Shown: positions 8,515-17,415 of the stretch, one piece after another | Layout: each line of letters begins with the position of its first letter | Numbering within the stretch: the first letter of the stretch is position 1 | Source: a virus | Taxonomy: Duplodnaviria > Caudoviricetes | Strand: one strand, 5' to 3' | Length of the DNA stretch: 37,388 nucleotides | Virus record (IMG/VR): IMGVR_UViG_3300032257_000532 | Location: 1-37,388 of that record | The notes under the pieces: model-generated | The model's input: only the letters and a program-made list of their open reading frames with translations | Told to the model about the DNA's origin: nothing | Databases searched by the model: none | Translations under genes and position numbers: made by a program

Positions 8515-8699
8515 ACATCACCGATTTTCAATTCAGCATTTTACATGGTGTCGATGGTCAAGCGCAATTATCGCTGCATCACGGTGGCGATGTTTACCAG
8601 ATGGATTTGGACAACGCACAGCGTCAATCGTTGGGCCTGAATTTGCTGGACGCAACCCATGCCGATCCCGTTTCCGACGATGAAACTGGGGAAGCCTGA
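8511..8699 (+). CDS. Small hypothetical protein
   Basis: MNITDFQF...; coupled to flanking genes. Confidence 0.6.
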   Translation: MNITDFQFSILHGVDGQAQLSLHHGGDVYQMDLDNAQRQSLGLNLLDATHADPVSDDETGEA

Positions 8700-9367
8700 T
8701 GCCCTATCTGCGTGATCAACAACTCGAAGAGTTTCAAGATATTCGCCCGGCTGGCGGCGCACGGGTGTTGTTGATCGATCCGCCGTGGAGTTTTGAGGCT
8801 TATTCAGAAAAGGGGCACTTCAAGGGGGCGTCTGCGCAGTACGCCACCATGTCGATGGATGAGATCAAGAAAATGCCAATCGGCCATTTGGCGGCAAATG
8901 ACGCGGTGGTTTTTTTGTGGAGCACTTGGCCGCTGATGCCGCATTGGAACGACGTCATCACCGCATGGGGATTTGAGTTCAAAAGCCTTGCTTGGGAATG
9001 GATCAAGTTCAATCCCGACACCGGGAAATATGCCTTTGGCCCCGGCTACGGCACCCGCAAAAATTTGGAGCCGTGCTTGATGGCGACCCGCGGCAAACCG
9101 AAAATGCGCCCGCCCATAGATATGCCGTTGCTTGGCGCGGGACTGCCCCAAGGCGTGCGCTCGGTGCGAGACTTTGTTGAGGCCATGCCACTGGATTGCA
9201 TTCGCCAGCCACTCGACGGCCATTCACGCAAACCAGACGAGCAGTACACCCGCATCCAAACCATGTTCGAAGGCCCATACGTGGAGCTTTTCGCGCGCCA
9301 GCGTTACCCCGGCTGGATCAGTTGGGGCTTTGAGGTCGATAAATTTGAAGTGAGGGCCGCGCAATGA
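8699..9367 (+). CDS. MT-A70 family adenine methyltransferase
   Basis: DPPW catalytic motif, Y.TMS.DEIK..P, FLW, HSRKP, ELFAR, GW.SWG. Confidence 0.93.
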   Translation: MPYLRDQQLEEFQDIRPAGGARVLLIDPPWSFEAYSEKGHFKGASAQYATMSMDEIKKMPIGHLAANDAVVFLWSTWPLMPHWNDVITAWGFEFKSLAWEWIKFNPDTGKYAFGPGYGTRKNLEPCLMATRGKPKMRPPIDMPLLGAGLPQGVRSVRDFVEAMPLDCIRQPLDGHSRKPDEQYTRIQTMFEGPYVELFARQRYPGWISWGFEVDKFEVRAAQ

Positions 9368-9546
9368 CCAAGCCGATCATCAAGCTCATGCGCGACGCCG
9401 CCGATCTGCGCGACCGCGCCAAATCCGAAACGGATCCAGCCGTCCGCGCGGTGCTCATTGATGCAGCGGAACAGGTTGAGAAAGAAGCTGACGCGGTGCG
9501 CGGTGGCAAGATCATTAAAAATCAGTGCCATATACGCCTCCTTTGA
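9364..9546 (+). CDS. Small hypothetical protein
   Basis: ATGA overlap with the MTase; helical 60 aa. Confidence 0.6.
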   Translation: MTKPIIKLMRDAADLRDRAKSETDPAVRAVLIDAAEQVEKEADAVRGGKIIKNQCHIRLL

Positions 9547-9601
9547 GAAAGCGAAAGTATAGCACAACCATTGCCGCTCTTCGAGTTGGCGCAAACGAGG
9601 A

Positions 9602-10033
9602 TTATTTTTTATGCCTATCGTGCACATCAGCAGATGCCGCCGTCGCCACGGTCGATCCGCGTGGGACAATATTAAAATTGAACCCCTCAGCCATGCCGCG
9701 CGCGACGGTCAGCGCCAGCACCGCTCGGTGCGCGCCGACGCACGGCCAGCCAAGACCTCGAGCCTCGTGGTCATCTGCAGCCAAGCCCAGCTCTATGGCC
9801 TCGGGGTTCGAGCCCATGGCGTCGGCTTGAGCGACAATATGATCCACCGCCTCGTCGGCAGCCGCGTCGATGGCGGCGGCCAACTCGGCCAATTGTTCGA
9901 TAGCATCGCCCGGCGCGTGCCGCCGTCCGGACGACCACGATTTGATCGTGTCCAGGCGGGCATCAAGAAGGCGTGCGGCCTCCGATTGGGAAAGGCCGCA
10001 CACCTGACAGAGAAGGGAAAATACGGTCGCCAT
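9602..10033 (-). CDS. HTH protein of an antisense two-gene cassette
   Basis: GLSQSEAARLLDARLDTIKSWSSGRR XRE-like HTH. Confidence 0.8.
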   Translation of the reverse strand: MATVFSLLCQVCGLSQSEAARLLDARLDTIKSWSSGRRHAPGDAIEQLAELAAAIDAAADEAVDHIVAQADAMGSNPEAIELGLAADDHEARGLGWPCVGAHRAVLALTVARGMAEGFNFNIVPRGSTVATAASADVHDRHKK

Positions 10034-10252
10034 TTACGCGCTCAAGTCTTCGGCCAAAGTAGCCGGGTCCGCCGCCAACGCGCCGACGATTTCAACCTCG
10101 GCCCATTCGTCGCAACCGCGCTCATCGCAGATCGAGCGCACAATGTCGGTCGCCGTGGCTTCGGCATCGGCGGCGTCATCGCCAACAACCAAATCCATAA
10201 AGTCGATCCGGCCATTTGTAAAAGCAGTTTTGTAAACAAATGCGGTTTTCAT
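10034..10252 (-). CDS. Small acidic protein of the antisense cassette
   Basis: AAGGA RBS; stop abuts the start of the HTH gene. Confidence 0.7.
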   Translation of the reverse strand: MKTAFVYKTAFTNGRIDFMDLVVGDDAADAEATATDIVRSICDERGCDEWAEVEIVGALAADPATLAEDLSA

Positions 10253-10308
10253 CTTCTAGGTCCTTCACCTCTTACAGCGGGCCAACCCCACCGCGTCTTT
10301 GATGATTT

Positions 10309-10337
10309 AGTGTACACCCATCGTGTACGGCTGCCAA
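10309..10337 (-). promoter_or_regulatory. Sigma70-type promoter with embedded operator for the antisense cassette
   Basis: TTGGCA (10337-10332) - 17 bp - TACACT (10314-10309); GTACAC-N5-GTGTAC dyad at 10312-10328. Confidence 0.7.
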
Positions 10338-10373
10338 CAGCTATTTTGTGAACTGAAACAAGGGACCATCAAA

Positions 10374-11129
10374 ATGTCAGCCGCACGCAAATTCAAAACC
10401 ACGCCGGTGCGCCGGGGCTTGATCGCCAAGATTAAGATTGCGCAAAAGCAGCTTGGGCTGGATGACGATATTTACCGCGCCAAGCTGGCCGGGTTGTACG
10501 GCGGCAAGACATCGGCGACCCAACTCAACATCCGTGAGCTGGAGGATTTTGTGCAACAGCTTAAAGTCGAAGGCGCGAAATTCACCAAGCGCAAGGCCCC
10601 GGCGCGTGCGGGCAAACGGGCGTTGGCCGATGGTGATATGCAAGCGAAAATGCGCGCACTTTGGATTTCACTTTATCATCTGGGCGTGGTCCGCGACCCT
10701 GCCGAACAGGCGCTGGTTAATTTTGCCAAGCGGGTCAGCGGTGGTCGGGATCGCGGCATCGCCGCGTTGCAGTGGTTGGACACCGATCAGGCCAACAAGA
10801 TGATCGAAGCGCTCAAGGCCATGGCCACCCGCGAGGCCAGCGTGAGCTGGGAACCGTATCGCCTTGTCGGTCAATCCCCGGTTTACATGCCACGTCACCG
10901 CGTGATCGAGGCGCAATGGCGCGTCCTTATGGATATCTGCCCGAGCTTGAGCGCCAACCGATCGCTGCGGACGTATCTCAAGGACAGCACTTTCGGCGAG
11001 GCCATCCTTTCTGAATTGACCGATGCGCAGACGGACCGAGCCATCGAAAACCTCGGCGCGCAAATCCGCAAATCATTGTCCGACCACGACTGCAAAACGC
11101 TCAAGGACTGGAAGGCGCGGTCATCATGA
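10374..11129 (+). CDS. gemA: GemA / gp16 (DUF1018) family regulator
   Basis: LIAKIKIAQKQLGLDDDIYR...KMRALWISL...ALQWL...IEALK. Start placed at ATG 10374. Confidence 0.9.
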   Translation: MSAARKFKTTPVRRGLIAKIKIAQKQLGLDDDIYRAKLAGLYGGKTSATQLNIRELEDFVQQLKVEGAKFTKRKAPARAGKRALADGDMQAKMRALWISLYHLGVVRDPAEQALVNFAKRVSGGRDRGIAALQWLDTDQANKMIEALKAMATREASVSWEPYRLVGQSPVYMPRHRVIEAQWRVLMDICPSLSANRSLRTYLKDSTFGEAILSELTDAQTDRAIENLGAQIRKSLSDHDCKTLKDWKARSS

Positions 11130-11485
11130 ACGCCCAACTTCCCCACGGTTTGCAAGTGATCGCAGATGCCAGCAGTGTTGAGGTTGCGCTGAAAATCGCG
11201 TTGGTGCGCGGCGGATCGCGGCTGCAAATTCCGCAAAAAGCGGATGGTTCGTTGCTGGCGGACATTGTGGGGATTGACGCCGCTCGCGATATCGTCAAGG
11301 ATTTGGCGAACGAACGCCTGACCATCCCGTTGGCGAAACGGGTGCTGGCGTTCTGGCTATCGGCCCAAGGGTGGTCCCAAGAAAAAATTGCCATGCGTTT
11401 GAAAATATCGCGCCGCTCGATCCAATATTGGCTGACCGGCACCACCCCCACCCGACAATCTGATCTGTTCGACGACTGTGCCTGA
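11126..11485 (+). CDS. Mor/C-like late transcription activator
   Basis: ALKIALVRGGSRLQIP plus C-terminal HTH; sits between gemA and the lysis genes. Confidence 0.8.
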   Translation: MNAQLPHGLQVIADASSVEVALKIALVRGGSRLQIPQKADGSLLADIVGIDAARDIVKDLANERLTIPLAKRVLAFWLSAQGWSQEKIAMRLKISRRSIQYWLTGTTPTRQSDLFDDCA

Positions 11486-11509
11486 CGTAGGGGCCGGGCG
11501 GGCCTAACC

Positions 11510-11557
11510 GGGCGCAACGGTTGCGCCCTGACGTTACGCACCACAAGTCCGCAAAAT
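11510..11557 (+). promoter_or_regulatory. Late promoter Plys: activator dyad plus -10
   Basis: GGGCGCAAC-G-GTTGCGCCC (11510-11528), then CAAAAT 23 bp later; same layout at 19022. Confidence 0.75.
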
Positions 11558-11563
11558 CGCGGC

Positions 11564-12124
11564 ATGACAGATCAATTATTCATTAAAGCCATTGAGACCG
11601 TCCTCAAACATGAGGGCGGCTATGTCAACGACCCGGTCGATCCGGGCGGGGCCACAAACTTTGGCGTCAGCCTGCGGTTTTTGTTGTCTGTTGGAGAGTT
11701 GGATCTGGACGACGACGGCGTCATGGACGGCGATTTCAATTTTGACGGCACCGTCGATGTGGCGGATATCAAAAATATGTCCGCCGCCGATGCCATAAAA
11801 ATGTACCACCTGCACTGGTGGTCAAAATACCAATACGACACCCTGCCCGCCAAAATCGCCCCGAAAATTTTTGACCTCGCCGTCAACATGGGGGCCAAGC
11901 AGGCCCACAAGTTGCTGCAACGCGCATGCCGCGCCGCCGGGGCGGACCTGGCGGAGGACGGCATCATCGGGCCGCAAACGCGTTTTGTCATCCAGGGGCT
12001 GGATCAATGGGCACTGTTGACCGCTTTGCGATCCGAGGCCGCGGGGTTTTATCGGGTGCTGATCGCCCAAAAACCCAAGTTCAAAAAATATCAAAACGGC
12101 TGGCTGAGGAGGGCCTACGCATGA
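11564..12124 (+). CDS. Endolysin, glycoside hydrolase family 108 with peptidoglycan-binding domain
   Basis: HEGGYVNDPVDPGGATNFGV, FDLAVNMG, DGIIGPQT, GWLRRA. Confidence 0.93.
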   Translation: MTDQLFIKAIETVLKHEGGYVNDPVDPGGATNFGVSLRFLLSVGELDLDDDGVMDGDFNFDGTVDVADIKNMSAADAIKMYHLHWWSKYQYDTLPAKIAPKIFDLAVNMGAKQAHKLLQRACRAAGADLAEDGIIGPQTRFVIQGLDQWALLTALRSEAAGFYRVLIAQKPKFKKYQNGWLRRAYA

Positions 12125-12423
12125 GCTTTGTCAGATTGGTTTGGTTTTCTGTTCGCAACACATGTCAGGATCTTTGGCGCTATGGCTTTACCGCGTTGGG
12201 CGGGCTGACATTGATTTTGATTTTGGTTGTTCCCGCCATGGTGACGTGGTTGGTGGGCTGGATTTATGCGGATGTGTTAAATGGCTATTGGTGGGGACTG
12301 GGCTTTGGCGGGGTCGTTAACCTTGGGCTCATGGGGCTTTTGGTTTTCGTCAAAGCAACTGACACCCGCGGCGATCCCGAAGGCCGGTCTTTATGGTCAT
12401 TATATAAAGACGGAAAAATATAA
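12121..12423 (+). CDS. Membrane protein (holin/antiholin candidate)
   Basis: 100 aa with 2-3 hydrophobic segments; ATGA overlap with the endolysin. Confidence 0.6.
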   Translation: MSFVRLVWFSVRNTCQDLWRYGFTALGGLTLILILVVPAMVTWLVGWIYADVLNGYWWGLGFGGVVNLGLMGLLVFVKATDTRGDPEGRSLWSLYKDGKI

Positions 12424-13058
12424 TGGGCATTTTGACCCTGCTCCAGGCCGTCCCCTCGCTGATCGGCGTTGGCCGCAATATTTTTGAGGCGGTTACCGGC
12501 GACAGCGTTGATGAGCAAATCACCGCCGACGACTTGAGCGCGCGGATCGACGCGTTGCCCGAAGATCAGCGTTTGCAAATCAGCACCAAATTGATTGCTG
12601 CCAGCGTGCGCACGCAGATCGAAGACACGCGGCGGTTTGTCGCGATGGCGTCCGGCGATGCCGACCAGCAACGCGCCACGGCGCGCCCTGAAATCGCGCG
12701 GTCCGCCATGCGGGTGATCGCGATGTTTTCAAATGTGTTCGCGGCGCTGTTGATCTTCACCATGGCCGAATGGTTTTTGCGTATGGTGTTTGCGGTGCAA
12801 GGGCTGGTTTATCCCAATGTGTCGTTATGGGGTCTGTTCGCCCAGGCCGAGCCGATCACCACCATGATCTGGCCGCCGCTGATTGCCAGTTTCTGGGTGT
12901 GCGCGTCGATCATCAAAAAATATTTTGGCGTGCGCGAACGCGACAAAGCCCAGCAGTTTGAGATCCAGGCGGGCAAACCGCTGCAAAGTTCCGCCGCGAC
13001 CATCGCGGCTGCGGGCAACGGGATCGCGGGCATCATCAATATGATCCGGGGTAAATGA
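12423..13058 (+). CDS. Holin-like membrane protein
   Basis: Hydrophobic segments, ARP..A motif and YFG.RE..K ending, resembling 3TM holins; in the lysis cassette. Confidence 0.6.
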   Translation: MGILTLLQAVPSLIGVGRNIFEAVTGDSVDEQITADDLSARIDALPEDQRLQISTKLIAASVRTQIEDTRRFVAMASGDADQQRATARPEIARSAMRVIAMFSNVFAALLIFTMAEWFLRMVFAVQGLVYPNVSLWGLFAQAEPITTMIWPPLIASFWVCASIIKKYFGVRERDKAQQFEIQAGKPLQSSAATIAAAGNGIAGIINMIRGK

Positions 13059-13417
13059 TGGCCGATTTCGATCCCAAGCTGGCGTACGAAGTTTTTCGCG
13101 ACCTGTTGATTTTTCTTTTTTTCGTCTGGACTGCGGTGACACGCAGCCGGTCCGTCAACCGTGCTGAAATCGATGAGGTCCGCAAGAATCACACCGAACG
13201 GCTGGATCGCCATTCTGAAAAACTCACCCAGTTTGATGAGCGCATGAAGGCTATGCCGAAACATGACGACTTGGAAAACCTTCATGAGCGCATCAATCGG
13301 GTGAATGAGAATGTTGGCAAAGTGCAGTCGTCGGTGTCCGGCATCAAGGCCACCGTAGATGCCATCAAGAGCGCGGTTGCACTGCTTAACCGTCACCACC
13401 TGGGAGAAGGCAAATGA
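13055..13417 (+). CDS. DUF2730-like protein (TM plus coiled coil; Mu gp25 position)
   Basis: N-terminal TM, MKAMPKHDDL motif, coiled coil. Confidence 0.75.
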   Translation: MMADFDPKLAYEVFRDLLIFLFFVWTAVTRSRSVNRAEIDEVRKNHTERLDRHSEKLTQFDERMKAMPKHDDLENLHERINRVNENVGKVQSSVSGIKATVDAIKSAVALLNRHHLGEGK

Positions 13418-13713
13418 ACTTTCCCGACTTTAAAGCTGAACACCGACGTTGGGCGATATTGAAGTTGCTCTCAGACGAACATGATCGCCGGTGCAATCAC
13501 GTTCTTTTACGGAAAAAACTGCCGCGTTGGGATCACAACGTCACATTGGGCACTCTGGAAGGTGACCTGAAGTGGCTTGAACAACGCGGACTTGTGACGG
13601 TCGAAGAGCTGATGACCGGATATCTGGCCGCGACGGTCACGGATTTGGGCATTGCCGTGGCGGGCGGCCACGAGCGCATGCGTGGCGTGGACTTTCCGAT
13701 TGACCCTGTTTAA
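13414..13713 (+). CDS. Mu gp26-like winged-helix protein
   Basis: EHRRWAILKLL...DLKWLEQRGLV...G..VA.G. Confidence 0.8.
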   Translation: MNFPDFKAEHRRWAILKLLSDEHDRRCNHVLLRKKLPRWDHNVTLGTLEGDLKWLEQRGLVTVEELMTGYLAATVTDLGIAVAGGHERMRGVDFPIDPV

Positions 13714-13724
13714 GGGGAGCTCTA

Positions 13725-14291
13725 ATGGGCATTAAAAGTACCATTGAAACCAGTCTGGAGGACGACGACCGCCAAGCGCTGGATCAACTGATCGTTGGGG
13801 GCAAGCTGACCCTTATGGCTCTGCTCGAATGGTTGGGCGAGCGTGGATATGACATCTCACGCTCGGCGCTGCATCGCCATGTGAGTAAGGTTGAACGCAT
13901 GGGGGCCAAACTGCGCCAATCCCGCGCCATGACCGAGGCGCTGGTCAAAGAACTCGGCCCAGACGCTACTGAGGGCAAACAAGGCCGGCTGTTGGTGGAG
14001 GTTCTGCGCACGCTGGTGTTCAACCACCTGTCGGCGCAAATTGGTGGTGACGATGACGCCGCTGGATTGGAATCGCGCGACCTGTCGTTTTTGGCCAAGG
14101 CGCTCAAAGACATGGCGAGCGCCAGCAAAATCGATTTAGACCGTGAGCTGAAAATCCGCGAAGACGCCGAGAAAAAAGCCAAGGCCGAAGCCGCCGCCCG
14201 GGTTGAAGAGGTGCTAAAAAAAGACACCACCAAGGGCATCACCAAAGAAACTCAATCGGCAATTATCAAGAGTATTTTGGGGGGCGGCTGA
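13725..14291 (+). CDS. DUF3486 / gp27, terminase small subunit
   Basis: KSTIE, GYDISRSALHR motif; precedes the large terminase. Confidence 0.85.
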   Translation: MGIKSTIETSLEDDDRQALDQLIVGGKLTLMALLEWLGERGYDISRSALHRHVSKVERMGAKLRQSRAMTEALVKELGPDATEGKQGRLLVEVLRTLVFNHLSAQIGGDDDAAGLESRDLSFLAKALKDMASASKIDLDRELKIREDAEKKAKAEAAARVEEVLKKDTTKGITKETQSAIIKSILGGG

Positions 14292-15808
14292 TGGAAACCG
14301 TTAAAGGATTCCTCAGCTACCAGCAAGCCGCGCTGACGGCGATCTTCACCTCCGCCGTGGTGGTGATTGAAAAATCGCGGCGTATCGGGATGACCTGGGC
14401 GCTCGCCGCCGTGGCCGTACTGCACGCCGCCGCCGTTAAAGCGGCGGGCGGCATGAATGTGTTTTACATGGGCTACAATCTGGAAATGGCCCGCGAGTTT
14501 ATTGAGGTCTGTGCGTGGTGGGCGGGCCTGTTCGACCAAGCCGCGCGCGAGGTTGAAGAGATTGTGCTCAAAGACGAAGACAAAGACGTCCTGGCCTTTC
14601 GCATCAAGTTTAGCAGCGGCTTTGAAATCATCGCCTTGCCGTCCAACCCCCGGTCCTTGCGCGGCATGCAGGGGCTGGTCATTTTGGATGAGGCGGCGTT
14701 CCATGACAATTTGGATGAAGTTTTAAAGGCCGCATTCGCGCTGTTGATCTGGGGCGGCAAGGTGGTTGTGTGTTCCACCCACGACGGGGACACCAACGCG
14801 TTCAACACCCTGATCAATGACATTCGCGCGGGCCGCAAAAATTATCACCTGTTGCGGTCCACGTTTGACGATGCGCTGGCGGATGGGTTGTACAAGCGCA
14901 TCTGCGAGACCCAAGATCAAAATTGGTCCGCAGCCGCCGAGGCCGCTTGGCGTGACGACATTATCAATTTTTACGGCGATGGGGCCGACGAAGAATTGTT
15001 TTGCGTGCCGTCCGAGGGCTCCGGCACCTATCTGTCGGGTGCGCTGGTTGAGGCCCGGATGGAGGCGGAGATCCCGGTGGTGCGGTGGGAGCAACCGTCT
15101 GATTTTGCAGAAATTGCGGATCACCTTCGCGAGGCCGAGTGTCGGGACTTTTGCGAACGCGCGCTGATGCCTTTGTTGGAAAATCTCGATCCCAAGCTGC
15201 GCCATTTTTTGGGCGAGGATTTTGGCCGCTCGGGCGATCTGACCGTCATGTGGCCGTTGGTGCTGGACCAGGACTTGACGCGGCGCACCCCGTTTTTGCT
15301 GGAACTGCGCAATATCCCGTTTCAGCAGCAAGAACAGATCCTCTTTTATATCTGTGACCGGTTGCCGCGTTTTGGCGCGGGCGCGTTTGATGCGCGCGGC
15401 AACGGTCAGTATCTGGCGGAACGCGCCATGCAGCGCTACGGCGCGGCGCGGATTTTTCAGGTGATGCTGTCGGTCGAATGGTACCGGGAAAACATGCCCG
15501 TTTACAAAGCCGCGTTTGAAGACGCCACCATCACCCTGCCCAAAGACGCCGACGTGCTGGCGGATCACCGGGCCATTGTTATGGAGCGGGGCGTGGCGCG
15601 GGTCCCCGAGAACGCGCGGACCAAAGACAAAAAAGGTGGGCAGCGCCACGGCGACAGCGCCATCGCGGGTGTGATGGCGTACTTCGCCAGTCGCCAAGAC
15701 ACCATGGAATACGAATATACCCCCGCCCATCACGCCGAACAGGAGCGCGACGCCCCCGGCGACGGCATGGCCGGGCGCGCGGCATTTAATCGAAAAGGAG
15801 CCTGGTGA
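14291..15808 (+). CDS. terL: Terminase large subunit (Mu gp28)
   Basis: EKSRRIGMTW, ILDEAAFH, GEDFGRSGD, HGDSAIA. Confidence 0.93.
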   Translation: METVKGFLSYQQAALTAIFTSAVVVIEKSRRIGMTWALAAVAVLHAAAVKAAGGMNVFYMGYNLEMAREFIEVCAWWAGLFDQAAREVEEIVLKDEDKDVLAFRIKFSSGFEIIALPSNPRSLRGMQGLVILDEAAFHDNLDEVLKAAFALLIWGGKVVVCSTHDGDTNAFNTLINDIRAGRKNYHLLRSTFDDALADGLYKRICETQDQNWSAAAEAAWRDDIINFYGDGADEELFCVPSEGSGTYLSGALVEARMEAEIPVVRWEQPSDFAEIADHLREAECRDFCERALMPLLENLDPKLRHFLGEDFGRSGDLTVMWPLVLDQDLTRRTPFLLELRNIPFQQQEQILFYICDRLPRFGAGAFDARGNGQYLAERAMQRYGAARIFQVMLSVEWYRENMPVYKAAFEDATITLPKDADVLADHRAIVMERGVARVPENARTKDKKGGQRHGDSAIAGVMAYFASRQDTMEYEYTPAHHAEQERDAPGDGMAGRAAFNRKGAW

Positions 15809-17415
15809 TGGCCGATCAAAATCATAGCGGCCTCATTGATCAATGGGGCAAACCGATCCGCAAACAAGAACTGATCAAAGAACTGTCCGGCCCGACTGTC
15901 ACCGGCGTGCGCCAGTATCATTCCGGCCACCCGGCCCAAGGGTTGACGCCGCAACGCTTGGCCGCGATTTTGCGCGAGGCCGAAAACGGCGACCCGGTGC
16001 GCTACCTGGAACTGGCCGAGGAAATGGAAGAAAAAGACCTCCATTATCTGGGCGTCATGGGCACGCGCAAGCGCCAAGTCGCACAACTGCCGATCACCGT
16101 GGTGCCCGCCAGCGACGACCAAATCGACATCGACAACGCCGATCTGGTGCGCGCCTGGCTGGACCGTGATGAGCTGGAGGACGAACTGTTCGACATCCTC
16201 GATTCGGTGGGAAAAGGATATTCCGTTTCGGAAATCATTTGGAATTTAGACGCCAATCAATGGATGCCCAGCCAAATCGTTCACCGCGACCCGCGCTGGT
16301 TTCGTTTTGATCCCGACGACGGCCAGACTCTGCGCCTGGTTGACGAAGGCGGGCGGCTGGAGCCGCTGGCCCCGTTTAAATTCATCCGCCACCGCACCAA
16401 GGCCAAGTCCGGCTTGCCGATCCGCGGCGGTCTCGCCCGGGCCGCGGCGTGGGGCTATCTGTTCAAAAACTTCACCGTGCGCGATTGGGTGATCTTTGCC
16501 GAGCGCTACGGCCACCCGCTGCGCGTGGGCAAATACGGCGCAAACGCCACAAGGGAAGAAAAAGACATTTTGCTGCGCGCGGTGTCCGACATCGCGTCGG
16601 ACGCGGCGTGCATCATTCCTCAAGGAATGGAATTGGAATTTATCGAGACCAAGATCAGCGGCAATTTGGATTTGTTTGAGCGGTTTGCCGATTGGATTGA
16701 TCGGCAGATTTCCAAGGCGGTTCTGGGCCAGACCCTGACCACCGAGGTCGGCGACAGCGGTTCATACGCTGCGGCCACCGTGCACGGCGGTGTCAAAGAT
16801 GATATTGAGCGCGCCGATGCCAAGGAGTTGGCGGCAACACTCAACCGCGACGTAGCGCGCCCGATCATTGACCTGAACCGCGGGCCGCAAAAACGATATC
16901 CGAAGTTACGGATTGGCCGCGAAGAAGAAACCGATATCGCGCTGATGTCCGAAAGCCTCGCCAAATTGGTGCCGCTGGGGCTGAGCGTTTCGGCCAAACA
17001 GGTTCGCGATAAATTAGGGCTGAAAGAGCCGGACGACGGCGACGACGTGTTGCGGGTGGCCGGGCCACTGCCGGTGTCTGGGCCACTGCCGGTGTCTGGG
17101 CCACCGCCAGTGGCCGTGGACGATACGGGAAAATCCGCCACCAAGGCCATGGCCGCCGCACATCTTAAAAACGACGATGATGCGGTCGAATTGTTTTTTG
17201 CCGAGTTGCGCGAAAGCGGCGAACTGGACGCGGCCATGGAGCCGATTTTAACACCCCTTGAAACGGCCTTAAACGGCGCTGAAACTTTTGATGACATGAA
17301 AAACATTTTGACCACGGCGCTGGCCGACATGAATGCCGATAAATTGGCCGAGCTGATTGCCCGGGGCGCGTTCAATGCGCGCATGGCCGGTGACGTCGAT
17401 GTGGATCTGGATTGA
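15805..17415 (+). CDS. Portal protein (DUF935, Mu gp29)
   Basis: LAEEMEEKD.H, FAERYG.P.RVGKY, ISKAVLGQTLT. Confidence 0.93.
   Translation: MMADQNHSGLIDQWGKPIRKQELIKELSGPTVTGVRQYHSGHPAQGLTPQRLAAILREAENGDPVRYLELAEEMEEKDLHYLGVMGTRKRQVAQLPITVVPASDDQIDIDNADLVRAWLDRDELEDELFDILDSVGKGYSVSEIIWNLDANQWMPSQIVHRDPRWFRFDPDDGQTLRLVDEGGRLEPLAPFKFIRHRTKAKSGLPIRGGLARAAAWGYLFKNFTVRDWVIFAERYGHPLRVGKYGANATREEKDILLRAVSDIASDAACIIPQGMELEFIETKISGNLDLFERFADWIDRQISKAVLGQTLTTEVGDSGSYAAATVHGGVKDDIERADAKELAATLNRDVARPIIDLNRGPQKRYPKLRIGREEETDIALMSESLAKLVPLGLSVSAKQVRDKLGLKEPDDGDDVLRVAGPLPVSGPLPVSGPPPVAVDDTGKSATKAMAAAHLKNDDDAVELFFAELRESGELDAAMEPILTPLETALNGAETFDDMKNILTTALADMNADKLAELIARGAFNARMAGDVDVDLD
17062..17115 (+). repeat. 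18-bp tandem repeat in the portal linker
   Basis: GGGCCACTGCCGGTGTCT twice plus one degenerate copy (GPLPVS GPLPVS GPPPVA). Confidence 0.9.

Noticed and set aside
9611-10351. 246-aa plus-strand ORF
   Set aside because: Antisense shadow of the minus-strand cassette, which has a promoter, RBS and HTH motif.
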